DNA of 61,902 nt, filler included, from Platydemus manokwari (Eukaryota): NCBI GenBank assembly GCA_037951405.1. It is 6 parts of 6 records of this genome, joined end to end, with 100 filler letters (N's around TTAATTAATTAA, not from the genome) between each part and the next. Parts side by side here need not be neighbours in the genome. Positions count along the whole stretch, not along the records: positions 1 to 9,154 come from JBBMOY011291540.1; positions 9,255 to 20,468 come from JBBMOY010834423.1; 4 more parts are not named here. One strand, 5' to 3'. The notes under the pieces are model-generated. The model was not told where the DNA came from and searched no databases. It saw only the letters and a program-made list of their open reading frames with translations. The position numbers were made by a program, and so were the translations under genes. This document shows, one piece after another, positions 1 through 12,200 of this stretch (the stretch's first letter is position 1; each line of letters starts with the position of its first letter).

Positions 1-429
1 GGCTTGTTCACAACAAATCTTCCCTACCAACATATTTGTATCTTAACGCTCATTTCATACCGGTACACCTGATATATGTTTAATTTAATATCATTTTCTA
101 AGTATTTTAAACTTTTTTTATGGTCTATCGAGTTACTCAGAAACCACGCAGTATGATTTTTCTGCCAAGTTTTCGTCCGCTGATGCATCGATATCAATAT
201 TCTATTCCAAAATACTTTGAAATTTTATAAAGGCATTTCCGATTATTTCATTTGAATTAATATTTTTGATTGTCAAACAGCCATTTAGAAATATTATTAC
301 CATTGATTGGTTGAATTTTTCTTTGGTTTAATTTAAAAATATTAAACCTCATATTTTTATTGATTAATGCGGTTAATTTCCCAGAACAGTAAAGTATATA
401 ATTATCGTAAAATCAAATAAATCACCAAG

Positions 430-1359
430 ATGGACAAATCAGGTATTGCGAAATCTGTCATTGTTGCATTTGGCGTATTAGCAAACATTAATTTCGGTGT
501 ATTTCTTGTGAAGCACCCATTCAAATCGAAATTAACAACATCATTGTTATTATTCCAAAGTTTTATTGATTCTCTGGTCTGTATTGTTGGTATTTTGACA
601 TTGATATCACCAATAGATAATCAATCAACAAATTTCGTTATTTGTCATATTTGGAGAAGTCAATTCGTTTATTGGTGGGTACTGCTAATAAGTACTCAGA
701 ATTTGGTTGCCATTGCTATCGATAGATGGTATGCTATTTTTCGTGCAACGACTTACAAATCCAAACAAAATATCATCATGCTTTGTTGTTTTGTAAACAC
801 TTTTTGTACAGGCATTATTTTCACATTCCCAATCACTATGGAAACGAAATGGTTGAATAACAATACCTGTGTTAATGAATATGTTTACGACAGAAATATT
901 ATGGTGATCGTGTTCAAAGTTTACGGTGTATTTTGGTTTATATCATTATATGGTGGTCCGACATTGTTTTTTATTATAGTTTATTGGAAAATCTTACGAG
1001 CTGTCAAGACGAGAGTATCGATTAACAATCAGAGTTCAGCAAATTCCAAATCCGTAAAGCAATTGACCATTTCAACGTTAACAGTCACTGTATTATTTAT
1101 CATTTTCATCTGTTATGATCCACTTTATTATGTGCTTGGAAAATTCGAAGTTTTAAGTTATGTTTACAACACTCCAGTTCAGAAGGTTGGCGTCTTTATG
1201 AGTTCAATGAATAGTGCTGCCAGTCCATTTGTGTTTGCATTTATGTTACCGGAATTTCGAAATCGATGCTTTAATTTTATAATTATACCGATAATTGCAT
1301 TGTTTCACAAATGGCGACGACCTACAGCCGAAATAAGTACCAGCGTAACATTGGCTTGA
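430..1359 (+). CDS. Intronless rhodopsin-like (class A) GPCR, divergent orphan type
   Basis: 309-aa ORF with about 7 hydrophobic segments. Cys at the top of TM3 (VICHIW), AIAIDRWYAI (DRY variant), ECL2 Cys (NNTCV), TM5 P...Y, TM6 CYDP, TM7 MNSAASPFVF (NPxxY variant), helix 8 PEFR. Confidence 0.9.
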   Translation: MDKSGIAKSVIVAFGVLANINFGVFLVKHPFKSKLTTSLLLFQSFIDSLVCIVGILTLISPIDNQSTNFVICHIWRSQFVYWWVLLISTQNLVAIAIDRWYAIFRATTYKSKQNIIMLCCFVNTFCTGIIFTFPITMETKWLNNNTCVNEYVYDRNIMVIVFKVYGVFWFISLYGGPTLFFIIVYWKILRAVKTRVSINNQSSANSKSVKQLTISTLTVTVLFIIFICYDPLYYVLGKFEVLSYVYNTPVQKVGVFMSSMNSAASPFVFAFMLPEFRNRCFNFIIIPIIALFHKWRRPTAEISTSVTLA

Positions 1360-2499
1360 ATTTGAAATAATTATTATGAATTTCCATCAATCCTGAAGAT
1401 TATCTTATTTTTGACATTTGTGTGGTGGTAAATGTGTTAATCGATATTTTATAAAATGAAAAATTAAATGAGTTTTCTTTTTAATTTATAGATTTTTATC
1501 TTTTACGCCTATATGTATGTCACAACTTTACTTCATTAAAACAATGTTTCGTTATTAATCCAACCTAAAGGTATTAAGTTAAAAACACAGTACTGTTGTG
1601 GTCCAATAAATAAAGGATTGTAAAATGAAATCCAATCCAATAATATCTGGAAACAGCGGCTCAGCCTGAAAGAATGTTGAGTATCGAAGAAACAGACCCG
1701 AGGTCAGAAAAACCGGAACGTGGATTTAGATAACGAGGATTAATACAGAATCAATCTTCGAGAAAAGAACAAATCTTCGAATTCCTTCTAAATTGCAATC
1801 CATTGAGTTCTCATCAAATATTCAATTCAACTGAACATTTATTGGTGATTTTATCCTTTGACGATTTGTTTGTGATTTAATCCTTGGACTTTATTATTTC
1901 ACTTTCATTATTGACGATTTTTATTGTAAAAAATTGGTAATTTCTTTGTATAAAACAAGAATAAAAAATAAATAAAAATAATACGGCAAATGTCAAACTA
2001 ATATGATATAAGAATTTCACAATATTTTTCATAATTGATTTTTAAGATTACAATTTTATTGCTTGATTTTTAACTGTGATAATTATTTTTCATAATAATC
2101 ATAGTACAAAGCACTGAAAACATTAACATTTTGTAAATGATCGTTGGTATAAGGTACACAAAATCGACGATAAGTACACAAGTTGACGTTAAAAACAAAC
2201 ATTTCACTCATTTCATTGCGACGATAGAATCAGTGTTACGAGAGCTATAACCAAAATAACCACTATTTTTAATTGGAACAAACAAATTATCTAAACAGAA
2301 GCAAAAGTAATAAACATGGTAAAAAATTTTCTCACAATTTAAATTTAATGATTTAGCCATCAGAGTCCATCCAATTGAAAGCATATTAGCTCATATTTTA
2401 AACTCTATGTATAAATTTGATGAGGAAGTCTTACAGTTCTTGACTCCCGGCAAAATTACTGAACATATTGTTGAGTGAAATGAAATTCTGAAAAATGAA

Positions 2500-2860
2500 A
2501 AATGGATTTGCATCTTGGAATCCATGTTAAAGCACTTTAAACATTTGCAGACCTATACAGTCATACTGGAATAGCAATCAGCCGATCACAGTGGATTTAG
2601 ATGGTAAGCGACAATTTGACAAGGGTGCATAGCCACACAACAATACACAATTGGCCAATCCCACTCATGCAAAAGCTCAAAAGCCCAAAAGTAACGTGGT
2701 AAAGCAAAGATTCAATCAAAATGTGGTACAACATGACACATAAAACTACACACAGATCTCGAATATAAATATTGATGTAAAGATGGTCAACTACCAGTTG
2801 GAAGCCAAGTTTTGCTGATATTTTGTTTTGTAAGTCGTACTGAGCAGTACGCAATTGAAA
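2500..2860 (+). repeat. Dispersed repeat, copy 1 (inverted copy at about 38610-38935); probably a decayed retroelement fragment
   Basis: AGCACTTTAAACATTTGCA (about 2531) and CCAGTTGGAAGCCAAGTTTT (about 2794) recur as reverse complements at about 38907 and 38664. All frames contain stops. Confidence 0.7.
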
Positions 2861-5800
2861 TACAGTTTTAGCCTTCTCTTTTTTGGATTTAGAGCTTCAT
2901 TAATTGCTTAGGAAGATCCAACAATATTGTTTTGTAAAATCAATTGATTGATCTGATCTTAAACAAATAATTATCATGCTGTATTGATTTATTTTGTGCA
3001 AATAATTAGTAAAAAATCTTCACTAAATAAATGAATCACGCTGTTGAGTTTCACAACACAAATTAAACAACAGAAACCTAAAAATACATTAAAATAATTG
3101 ATAATAACAGCAATAACGACCTGAGTTTTGGAGTTGGTGGAAACATTAGTCGATATTAATAGTTGATTTGAGATCTTATTTCCTAATCATAAGTAGGGCG
3201 CGCATAAAAGTCGGTTTGTCGGTGAAGTACCTTTTGAAATTATCAGTCAGTCCTGTTAACTAACTTAGGGGTATCAAAAAGTAAAATGTATTTTTCTCAA
3301 ATAACTGTCTACTTAAAAAAATATTTAAGTTCACCTTTATTTAGGCCTTTGATCATCTTGTGTTCAAGAGGATCAAGAGCAATTTCAAAAAGATAATAAA
3401 TTATAATTAGGAATATTTTAATTTATATTTTGACAATACGAGAAATCAAATTTTTGCCAAACAAACATCGACGCAAGAATTCTCGATAGATTAATTGAAC
3501 TTTAAAAACCTAACCAGAAATTTAAATAGTAAATAAATAGTTAATTTTATTTGGTTATGATATCGTCAACTCAAACTAAATATTAAATAATTAGAAATGC
3601 TGATAGGTCCCTTTACTAGCAAGTCGTTCCATTTTTCATCTTTTGTGCAACTAGTTGTGATAGTGAAATATAATCTTAATTAAATCCCGTTGTTTTATTA
3701 AATCGACAAATAATTTAAAATTAGATACCATATCAAACTTATCTGCTTGGGTAAAAGATGGCGCAGTACGAATGAACATCACCAAAAATCCAAAAATTAA
3801 GATTATATTTGAAAATATATATATCATGGAACTATCATTCAATTTTTTTGATTTATCTTGTTTTAGTCACAATGTCATGATTACTACAGTTTTATAGAAA
3901 TCTAAAATAAATCAGAAAACGAATTTTGTTTCATAAATGTTTCCTCTTTGTTTTTTACAACTAAAATTCCATTTACAGTTTCAATCTCAAAGAATTTACT
4001 TTTTACTTTTTATTGTTAATGATAGAAAAAACCAATGAAAATTATTGATAACATGTGGAATGAAATCTTAAAAAATCCTTCTAATTTTAAACATATACAA
4101 GCTATGAATAACAACGTATGTCATAATATTTCGTATCACATCGATATATATATATATATATGAGTTGTGTTCTTCATCCTAGAGATTAAAATCAGAAGTC
4201 ACTTTTATCAGAATAATAATATTGAAGTGTTTCACTAAGTTCAAATTTATAAAAATTATAGTATCATATTAATTAAAATTATTATTTCGATTTTGTATAG
4301 CCTCATGATATTATTAATTATATATAATCGTGTCAAATAAGAGAAATAAAAAATTTAAAACTTAATTAAAATTTCAGGAAGTAGATTTTAAACATATATA
4401 TTTTTTATGATAAGTTCTGAAAGTCACTCTATTATTTTATTATGTTTAATTTTAATATAAATAAATAAGTGAATTAAAATAATTATGTTTTTATGAAGTT
4501 TATTAATTTATTTTGTTATTTTATTTTGATAAAACGATATGAATAAAAATATTGACTGTTAGACTGTCTTAACCAATAAGTTTGGTGATTAAAATAAAGC
4601 ATCAATTAAATTGGTTCATACACTTGGTAGAATCCGTTCTCGAGGGAATCTTTATACTTAAAATACTTAAAATGAAATATCGGTTGTTTGAAAATAAGAA
4701 TTTAGTCTTTAGGCTAATATCTTTAATGTAGACATACCGAAAACAATTAATTAAATCTCTACGATTTTTCATTAATCTGTTCCAAATAAATAAATCATCA
4801 TCTCAATAAGCGGCCCACATTATATTGGTATGGATTATCTCCCAAAGATAATTTACTTAAATAATTATATTAATCTCGTAATGCATTAATTCTTCGACAT
4901 TTTATCTTGATTCCCACACATTTTCACTTAATCGTCTTGGTTCTCATTCAAATTGTTCGATATTTAATTGACAAAAATATGGAATAATTTATTTAATCAA
5001 AATCGATAACTCAAATTTGAAATCAATAAAATTTACTCGTACTAAGTTCTCGTTCACAAATCGAATTCATTCAAGAAATAATAAAAATCTACAAATCAAA
5101 TGATAAGAACACAAATGTCTCCGTCAAAACAAAGGATACACGCAAAAACTTTAGAACCACAAAAGTTTGACAATTGTGTATCTCAATCAATATTCCGTAA
5201 CCAATATTCATTTGTTCAAAATTTCCAAGTTCTTGAGTTTTTGATTGACGATCTTCCGTCATTTTTCATTGGTCTATTTAATAGTTAATTTTCTTTTGTT
5301 GAAACAATTCGATTGAAATCAAAAGTCTAACCAGAATAAGATGACTTTAAAGCTACTGATTTCCTACTGGGATACAATGTCTATCGTATTTTAGTGTGTA
5401 TATCATTTCTAGGTTTAATTACAGGCTTTTGGTAGCAATTTTTAATCAATTTTTGATCACGTTAATCTCAACCACGTTATTAATTGTTAGGTGAAGGTTT
5501 CATTTGATGGAGACATTAACTTAAAAAAATAAAACTAAACAACGACCAAGTAATTAAAAATTACTAATATCTATTTTGATTCGACTTCTACGCTTGATTT
5601 TAAAGGTCAAAGATGTTATTAACTGTTATAAAAAATTGTAGGTAATCCCTTTACCACTGCCGATCATAATTTAAATTTTAGATTTAATGTAACGCTATAT
5701 CCGAAATTTTGGACTGAGTACTTAAATTAGAATGTAAAGAAGAAGAGTTATTTAATGGAAAATTAAGTATTGCAGTGAAAATATAGGTTAGTCTCCGACC

Positions 5801-5992
5801 GCATATGGTAGCAAATATTTACTAGCCCCGTTTGTTTGCTAGTTCAAATTTTGCACCATACATTCATCAAAGACTGACATATATTACAACTGTCGGCTTT
5901 AATTTTTATCCAAATTAGAGTTCGATTTTAAATATAATTTAAGAAAAAAATTCAAACACTTAGAAAACCTTCTGAAAAATATTTACATAAAA

Positions 5993-6097
5993 ATGTCGAA
6001 ACAAAAATGCCGAATTTGTGATGTAACATTAAAAAATATTCAGTCTCTAAAATCACATGAAAATCAAAAACAACTTGATAAGATTAATAATAATTAA
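5993..6097 (+). other. Mini-ORF encoding a single degenerate C2H2-like zinc finger
   Basis: MSKQKCRICDVTLKNIQSLKSHENQKQLDKINNN*: CxxC-x12-H spacing with the second His missing. Confidence 0.35.
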
Positions 6098-9049
6098 TTA
6101 AATTTATCAATATAATTTTTTCCATAAAATTTCTTTAATTTGTTATATTATTTATTAAAATTGGTTGAGTAGATCAAAAATTAGAAGAAAGTAACATTTA
6201 TAATTTGTTTATTCGTAACGACATAATTTTAATATTTATTTAAGTTCTATTCTAATTTCATTAATTATATTAAATTTTATTATTTAATAAAAAGTTTCAC
6301 ATGACATATTCCAAATATTTTGTGAAATTTATATTTTTAATGAAAGTAACTAAAAACTTTAATTTAATTTAAGCACTATTAACTTTTTATAATATGATAT
6401 ATCATGCTGTGAAACCCATAATATAAAATATACACCAATATATACAAAAATATGTTTATATTCTGTATAATATTTTTATAAATTATAAAAATAGAGTCTG
6501 TCGAGGTAGACTTTTGAGTAACAATCAGAGTTTAGAATACAAATTATTTTTAAATCGAATAATTCTAAACTTTTAAACATTCATATTAAAAATATTTATC
6601 TCAGCTTTTCAGTTATGGTCTTTGCTTTTAGATGAAAAGACACACTTCACAAGAAAAGGAATGTTTACAGTGCACAGACTGATTGAAATGATACAAAAAA
6701 TAAGAGAAAATCTCTTTGAAAAGGAGTGAGCTGAAGGACATTTTAAATATTATGTTCGTGTTTGGGGGTTGCTTGGTTATTTTTATTATCAGTCTCTATA
6801 TTCAATATTTTATTGTGGATCAATGCCGTCTTGACCAGTCTCTGTGAGCTCTGATCAACCCCTTAAGGCTCACAACTAAACCTTATCTTATAATCTTCTT
6901 TCTTCACCTCGATATCAATACTAAATGGAGATAGTATGATAGGCAGCAATGATCCAATCGCTATATTTTATAACTATCAGTCTCAACAATTTACACGATT
7001 TATTCAAAATTAGTCTCAAGTTTTAATAGTTCTATCCTATATCCTATCTAATCAACAACTCAACAAATTCCGTTTACAGTAACGTTTATTCACTACCAGA
7101 TATACAACAAAATACAATTATATAACAAATGTTTTTGTTAAAACTACACTATACAGTGACCTAGACGATGACTCCTACAACTTCTAGAAGAAAACGGTTG
7201 CAAACTTCAACTCTAGAAGCCGAACCTTAACCTTTAAGATGTTTTGAGACACAGCTCGATAATATGACAATAGCGCGAAATACGGTATATAATACTGATT
7301 TGGATTTTACAGAATTAATCTAACTCACTTGATCAATGTAATGGCAAAAATCGAAGGGCATATAACACAAGGCTTCTTATGGCAATATGTATCTTCACGT
7401 ACTCTTCTTGATGTTGGATTTAACTTCACGTACTCTAGTGGTTTCTTTATAGCAAAAGGATTAGTGGTTTCGATATAATGGATGAGTTGTGATGATTATT
7501 TATACGGTTTGAAAGTCGGTGCTTTTAATCCTCCCAAATAAAATATTAGATACATTCTTTAGAAAAATATCCCTCATTTATAATTTATTAAATTCCTTTA
7601 ATCTTTCCGCTATTGTTTTTATTGCCATTTAACTCATCTATATATAAAATATATTTTATTTTAAATAAATACTGTAATATAAATTATTACGTAATAATCA
7701 GTATATTTATTTTTTCTCAGAAGTGCCGTCATAAAAATATCGCTACAGTGCGATTATAAAAATTGTTACACTGAAATATTTCATTACAGTGTGAAATATT
7801 AAAAACATATCGGTAAAATGAGATAGATAAAAATATGTCGCTACAGTGCGGCAAAAATAAAATAAAATAAAATAGTTGCTTCATGCAATAGCAACTACAT
7901 GTTTTGATTTTTAGCTTTATCATAAAAAATTAATTGACTTCAGGCGCCGATAAACGCTACATTTTTCAACAGCTAAAAATCGTTACAAAAGAACCAAACT
8001 ATAAAAATTATAAATTACTATAATATACATCGATATTTCATACATTCTACTTTTATACATTTAATATTGTCACTATCATACACAATATTGTTATTGTTAC
8101 TGTCAGAACCCCAACAATTATTCCGATATTATACAAGAAAAAATTATATTGACTAAGATATATACAGTTTAATGAAATTAAGAAAAGAAAAACGGGAGAA
8201 AAAATAACGAAATTAAAACAAAGAAAATTCTTGAAATTGTTTAGTACATGGAAGAAAACATAAGCTATTGCCAGCTTGTAGAAACGGGAAATTTGGAAGA
8301 AATCTTTAATTGAATACACTTAAGATCTTCTGGAACAAAGTCTTCGAAGGGAAAAACTTTTCATTACAAGTAAAATAAAAAATAAAATTTATATCTGAGC
8401 GCTATTAAATTAAATTATAGATCAAAACGATTTTGAAGATATCAAAGATATTTTGTATGAAGACAAAGAAACCAAAATAGGTTGTGTAGCGGAATCATAT
8501 TTTTTTATTAACTTGATGAAGTTTACATTGAAATTTTCTAAAATTATCACATATTGGATTAGGAATTTTATTATTTGCTTTAAAATATCATTTTCCTATT
8601 ACATAATAAATTTATCTAAATTCCTGGCCGCAAATTTCATACATTGTGTGACCTATAAATAATTCAAGTTCGATATTTGTATCTTTTAATCAAAATTCCC
8701 AAGTTAAAAATGGTAGAGATGCGTCATGCGTGGTATCAAAATTTCTCTCATTAATATAACTATTTCTAAAACCTCCTATTGAATTTCTAATATGATACAT
8801 AATGTACACGTTGCTATATTTGGAGATAAATATAAGAAAGATTTGCAATGTAGTCAAGTTTAAAATATAAATGTCGTCAATTCAAGTCATATAGATCCAA
8901 ATCACAAATGTCGTTAAAAATGTCAAATTATCAAAGCAAACAAGGATAACAACGAGCAAGGATACTGTTTTATAAATCATGAAATATGTCGAATCAACTT
9001 TGTCATTGTCAGTCCGCTTATCTAAAGACTTATAAAATTTTAAAATATA

Positions 9050-9154
9050 TTAGGTGTATAATCTTAAAATTTCGGTCTTTTTTTGAAAAATATTTATTTA
9101 TTTAAAGTACATTTTGCATAGTAACATTAATCAAAGTATTCTCCATCAGAAGCT
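9050..9154 (-). mobile_element. mariner element 3' end (TIR plus transposase C-terminus), cut by contig end
   Basis: TA followed by TTAGGTGTATAATCTTAAAATTTCGG. The minus strand encodes ASDGEYFD*, a typical mariner C-terminus. A near-identical TIR occurs at 51461. Confidence 0.85.
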
Positions 9155-9254
9155 NNNNNNNNNNNNNNNNNNNNNNNNNNNNNNNNNNNNNNNNNNNNTT
9201 AATTAATTAANNNNNNNNNNNNNNNNNNNNNNNNNNNNNNNNNNNNNNNNNNNN
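9155..9254. other. Assembly spacer (44 N + TTAATTAATTAA + 44 N)
   Basis: Six-frame stop linker inside an N run; identical at five positions. Confidence 0.97.
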
Positions 9255-12200
9255 ATATGTATTAATAAGTTTCTCACAAAAAATATCAAATTGATTGAAA
9301 ATATTCAAATTAATTGATTATTCATATTTTTAATATTAATATATTTTCTAATTACAATGATTTTAAAAAACTTATGCAAGTTATTTCGGTTTAGTAATTT
9401 GCATACTTTAATCCAAACCGCGTTGTAGAATTAAGGAAAATGTATCATATGAAAATATTTTAGAAAATAAAAGTTTATAAATAAAATTGATTTCATGTTT
9501 TATATCTTTGCTTTTTTAATTGCCTCAATCTTGATTTCATCTTCTCTGAGTATAGCATACGTTAATCAAACTCGTGTGGGTGTTAAAGGAACCGATTAAC
9601 TAATTATAGCGTAAAATTGATACACCCATAATTGCCGAATTTTCGATCTTAATTTACAACGAAATTGCTATTACAATAAATAGCGTTACTTGATGTATAT
9701 CGTTAATTGTTGCATGATAAATTTAATGATTATAATCGAATAAATATAACAATTAGATGTGAATTGTTTCGATGTGGATGTCAACGACTAACTGAAAAGC
9801 AGATAAGGCAGGAATTTTATAATTATGGCCAATCATGAAATCTGTTCTTTGTTTCAAGTCCTAGACTTATTGAAGAATTAACATTCTTTTAGTTGGAAAT
9901 AATGTATGAATATATAATAAAGATACGCACGTACACAAAACAAAAATTAATAATAGGCACGCATATGCTTAAAGTGGCGGAACAAGAATTCCTATGCTCA
10001 GAATAATATTTCATTTGATTAATTTCATCTTTACCTAGCTGCCGAAAACAAATTAGCCATCAATAAATAAAATAATCTAAAATTCTGGCTAATTATGTCA
10101 TGGCTAAGATAGCCAAGAAGTCCGAAAAAACAGAATGAGTCATAAGGCATTGTTACTAACAGGCTACAGTTCAGAGTTCCATTTAAGCTACTTGCAAAAC
10201 AATCCTGAGATGATTATATTTACCATTTAAGTTGATGATAGCAGCGCAATGAGAAAATATTAGAAATTTTAATTAATATTAATGACAACAATATATTCGA
10301 TTATAATTAATATATTAATTATATATAAAGTAGTATAATAGTGACAAAATATCCCATCTAAAAATCTATATCAAACATAAAAGATATAATTTTATGTTGT
10401 CGTGAGGGCCGAAGTGAGTACCCACTAAACTACTCATTAATTATTTATGATTCTTATAATCAAATATTTTATTTTATTATTTTACAAAAAAATCAATAGT
10501 TTAATACAGTAGCAATGTTCTGGAGAAATTTTAAATTTTTAAAATATTGTAAACGTTATTTTTTACAACCTAAAGATTCACATGCTTATTTAGTAAGAGA
10601 GTTTGCTCGAATTACCACAACTTCGAATGCTTAATTTAATGTTACGGTTGAATATCGTTTCAGTACTTCGAAGTGAAAACTTTGGAAAATAAATGCTTAC
10701 AGCTATGTACTTTAAATAATACTGATTAATGTTAACAAAATACAATTCTACTAATAGAAATGATTACATTATTGCGTTTAGTTTTTGATTTTTATGTATT
10801 ATCATGTCCAGTTGTTTTAATTTTTCATTCAAAATTATTATATGGAATAGAATAGCAATAATTTAAACAATCAGATATCAAACTTATTCAGCATCTACTG
10901 AAATCTGTTACTAAGATATTCCAAATTCATTCGAAAATCCTAGACTTCTTGGAATTAATACACAGTAACGAATAATCACATTTGCTAGAATAAAATAAGT
11001 CTGAATGTCTTCTAAATTAGCTTTAATGAATGAAATCTGGTGTTATTCTTTTTATCATATATATTATCATATATATAATCGAATTTTTGTTATATTCGGG
11101 CAAAAAAGTTTTATCTTAAAATTTAAGCAAACTTCCAGAGATTGTATCAAATTTTTTTAACATTCTTCGGAATTTTTATCGAATTTGTTTCATTTGAATC
11201 TGAACTGAATGCGATTATTCATCTTTGATAATCGTCTTGTAAATCTCTATAGTAATTTTAGTCTAAGAATATCTATTATTTTCCCCAGCTGATTACTCCA
11301 ATTGAATAAGACTGTGTTTATTTTTTATTTCCTTTTCAAGATTATTTACTGAAAAAAATCATTTCTTTTTTATAAACTTAAAGCACACAAAATGATATTT
11401 CGTTTCAACATTAATTTTAATGTTTGAGACTTTTCAATGTTGCCTGCAAAAGATTTTTAAGCAAAGTCATCTTAAATGTAATTTAGATACATCGATAATT
11501 CTCATCTTAAAATATTGTAAATGAGAAACATAATGGGGAAGAAGTTGTAATCTGAAATTTGAAAATGCTTCCATAATTCTTGGAGTAAAGTAGATCAACA
11601 TTTATCGGTAATTAAATTTTCAACAGTGTCAGATAATAGAAATCATCAATTATTTTATGTTTTCATATATTATAAGTATAATTATTAGTACATATGGAAC
11701 TAACTTCCATTACTTAATACATTGGTACTATTTCAAGAATGTGTGAAGAAGTAAATATCATTTTTCATGATTTGATCTATATTGAGAACTGCTAAGTAAA
11801 GTCTGAAAATATTTTAAAAATTTCACATTTTAAATAATTATTGGAGACAGAATGGTTGTCAAAATGGTTTTTCTTGTTGATTGAAATTACTTTTGATTTT
11901 TTGGATTAACTTTCACGTCGCTCGATTGAAGCTGCGATCAATTTTATATGAGACTACTAATAAACTATGATGCGGCTAAATTACACGGATTATGACCCAT
12001 TTATATTATTTGCATTTTACTGTAATGACTTAATCTATATTCTGCTATACTTAATTCTTAACTTAATGGTTTACTTTAATTTTGATAATTTTAATTACCA
12101 TTTTTAATTTAATAGAATATATTTATTGTTGTTATCTATTAATAGTAATTATTATGAATTTTTTTATTTTTCGAAAATTCTATTTCTGGTAAATTTTGAT

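Noticed and set aside
6610-6780. Tc1-like DE..F...G fragment
   Set aside because: Too short and too degenerate to annotate with confidence.
9001-9049. Idea that contigs 1 and 5 flank the same mariner insertion
   Set aside because: The reverse complement of this flank does not continue the Gypsy RNase H sequence that ends near 51460.
9199-9210. TTAATTAATTAA palindrome recurring about every 10 kb
   Set aside because: Always centred in a fixed 100-bp N run; it is an artificial contig linker.
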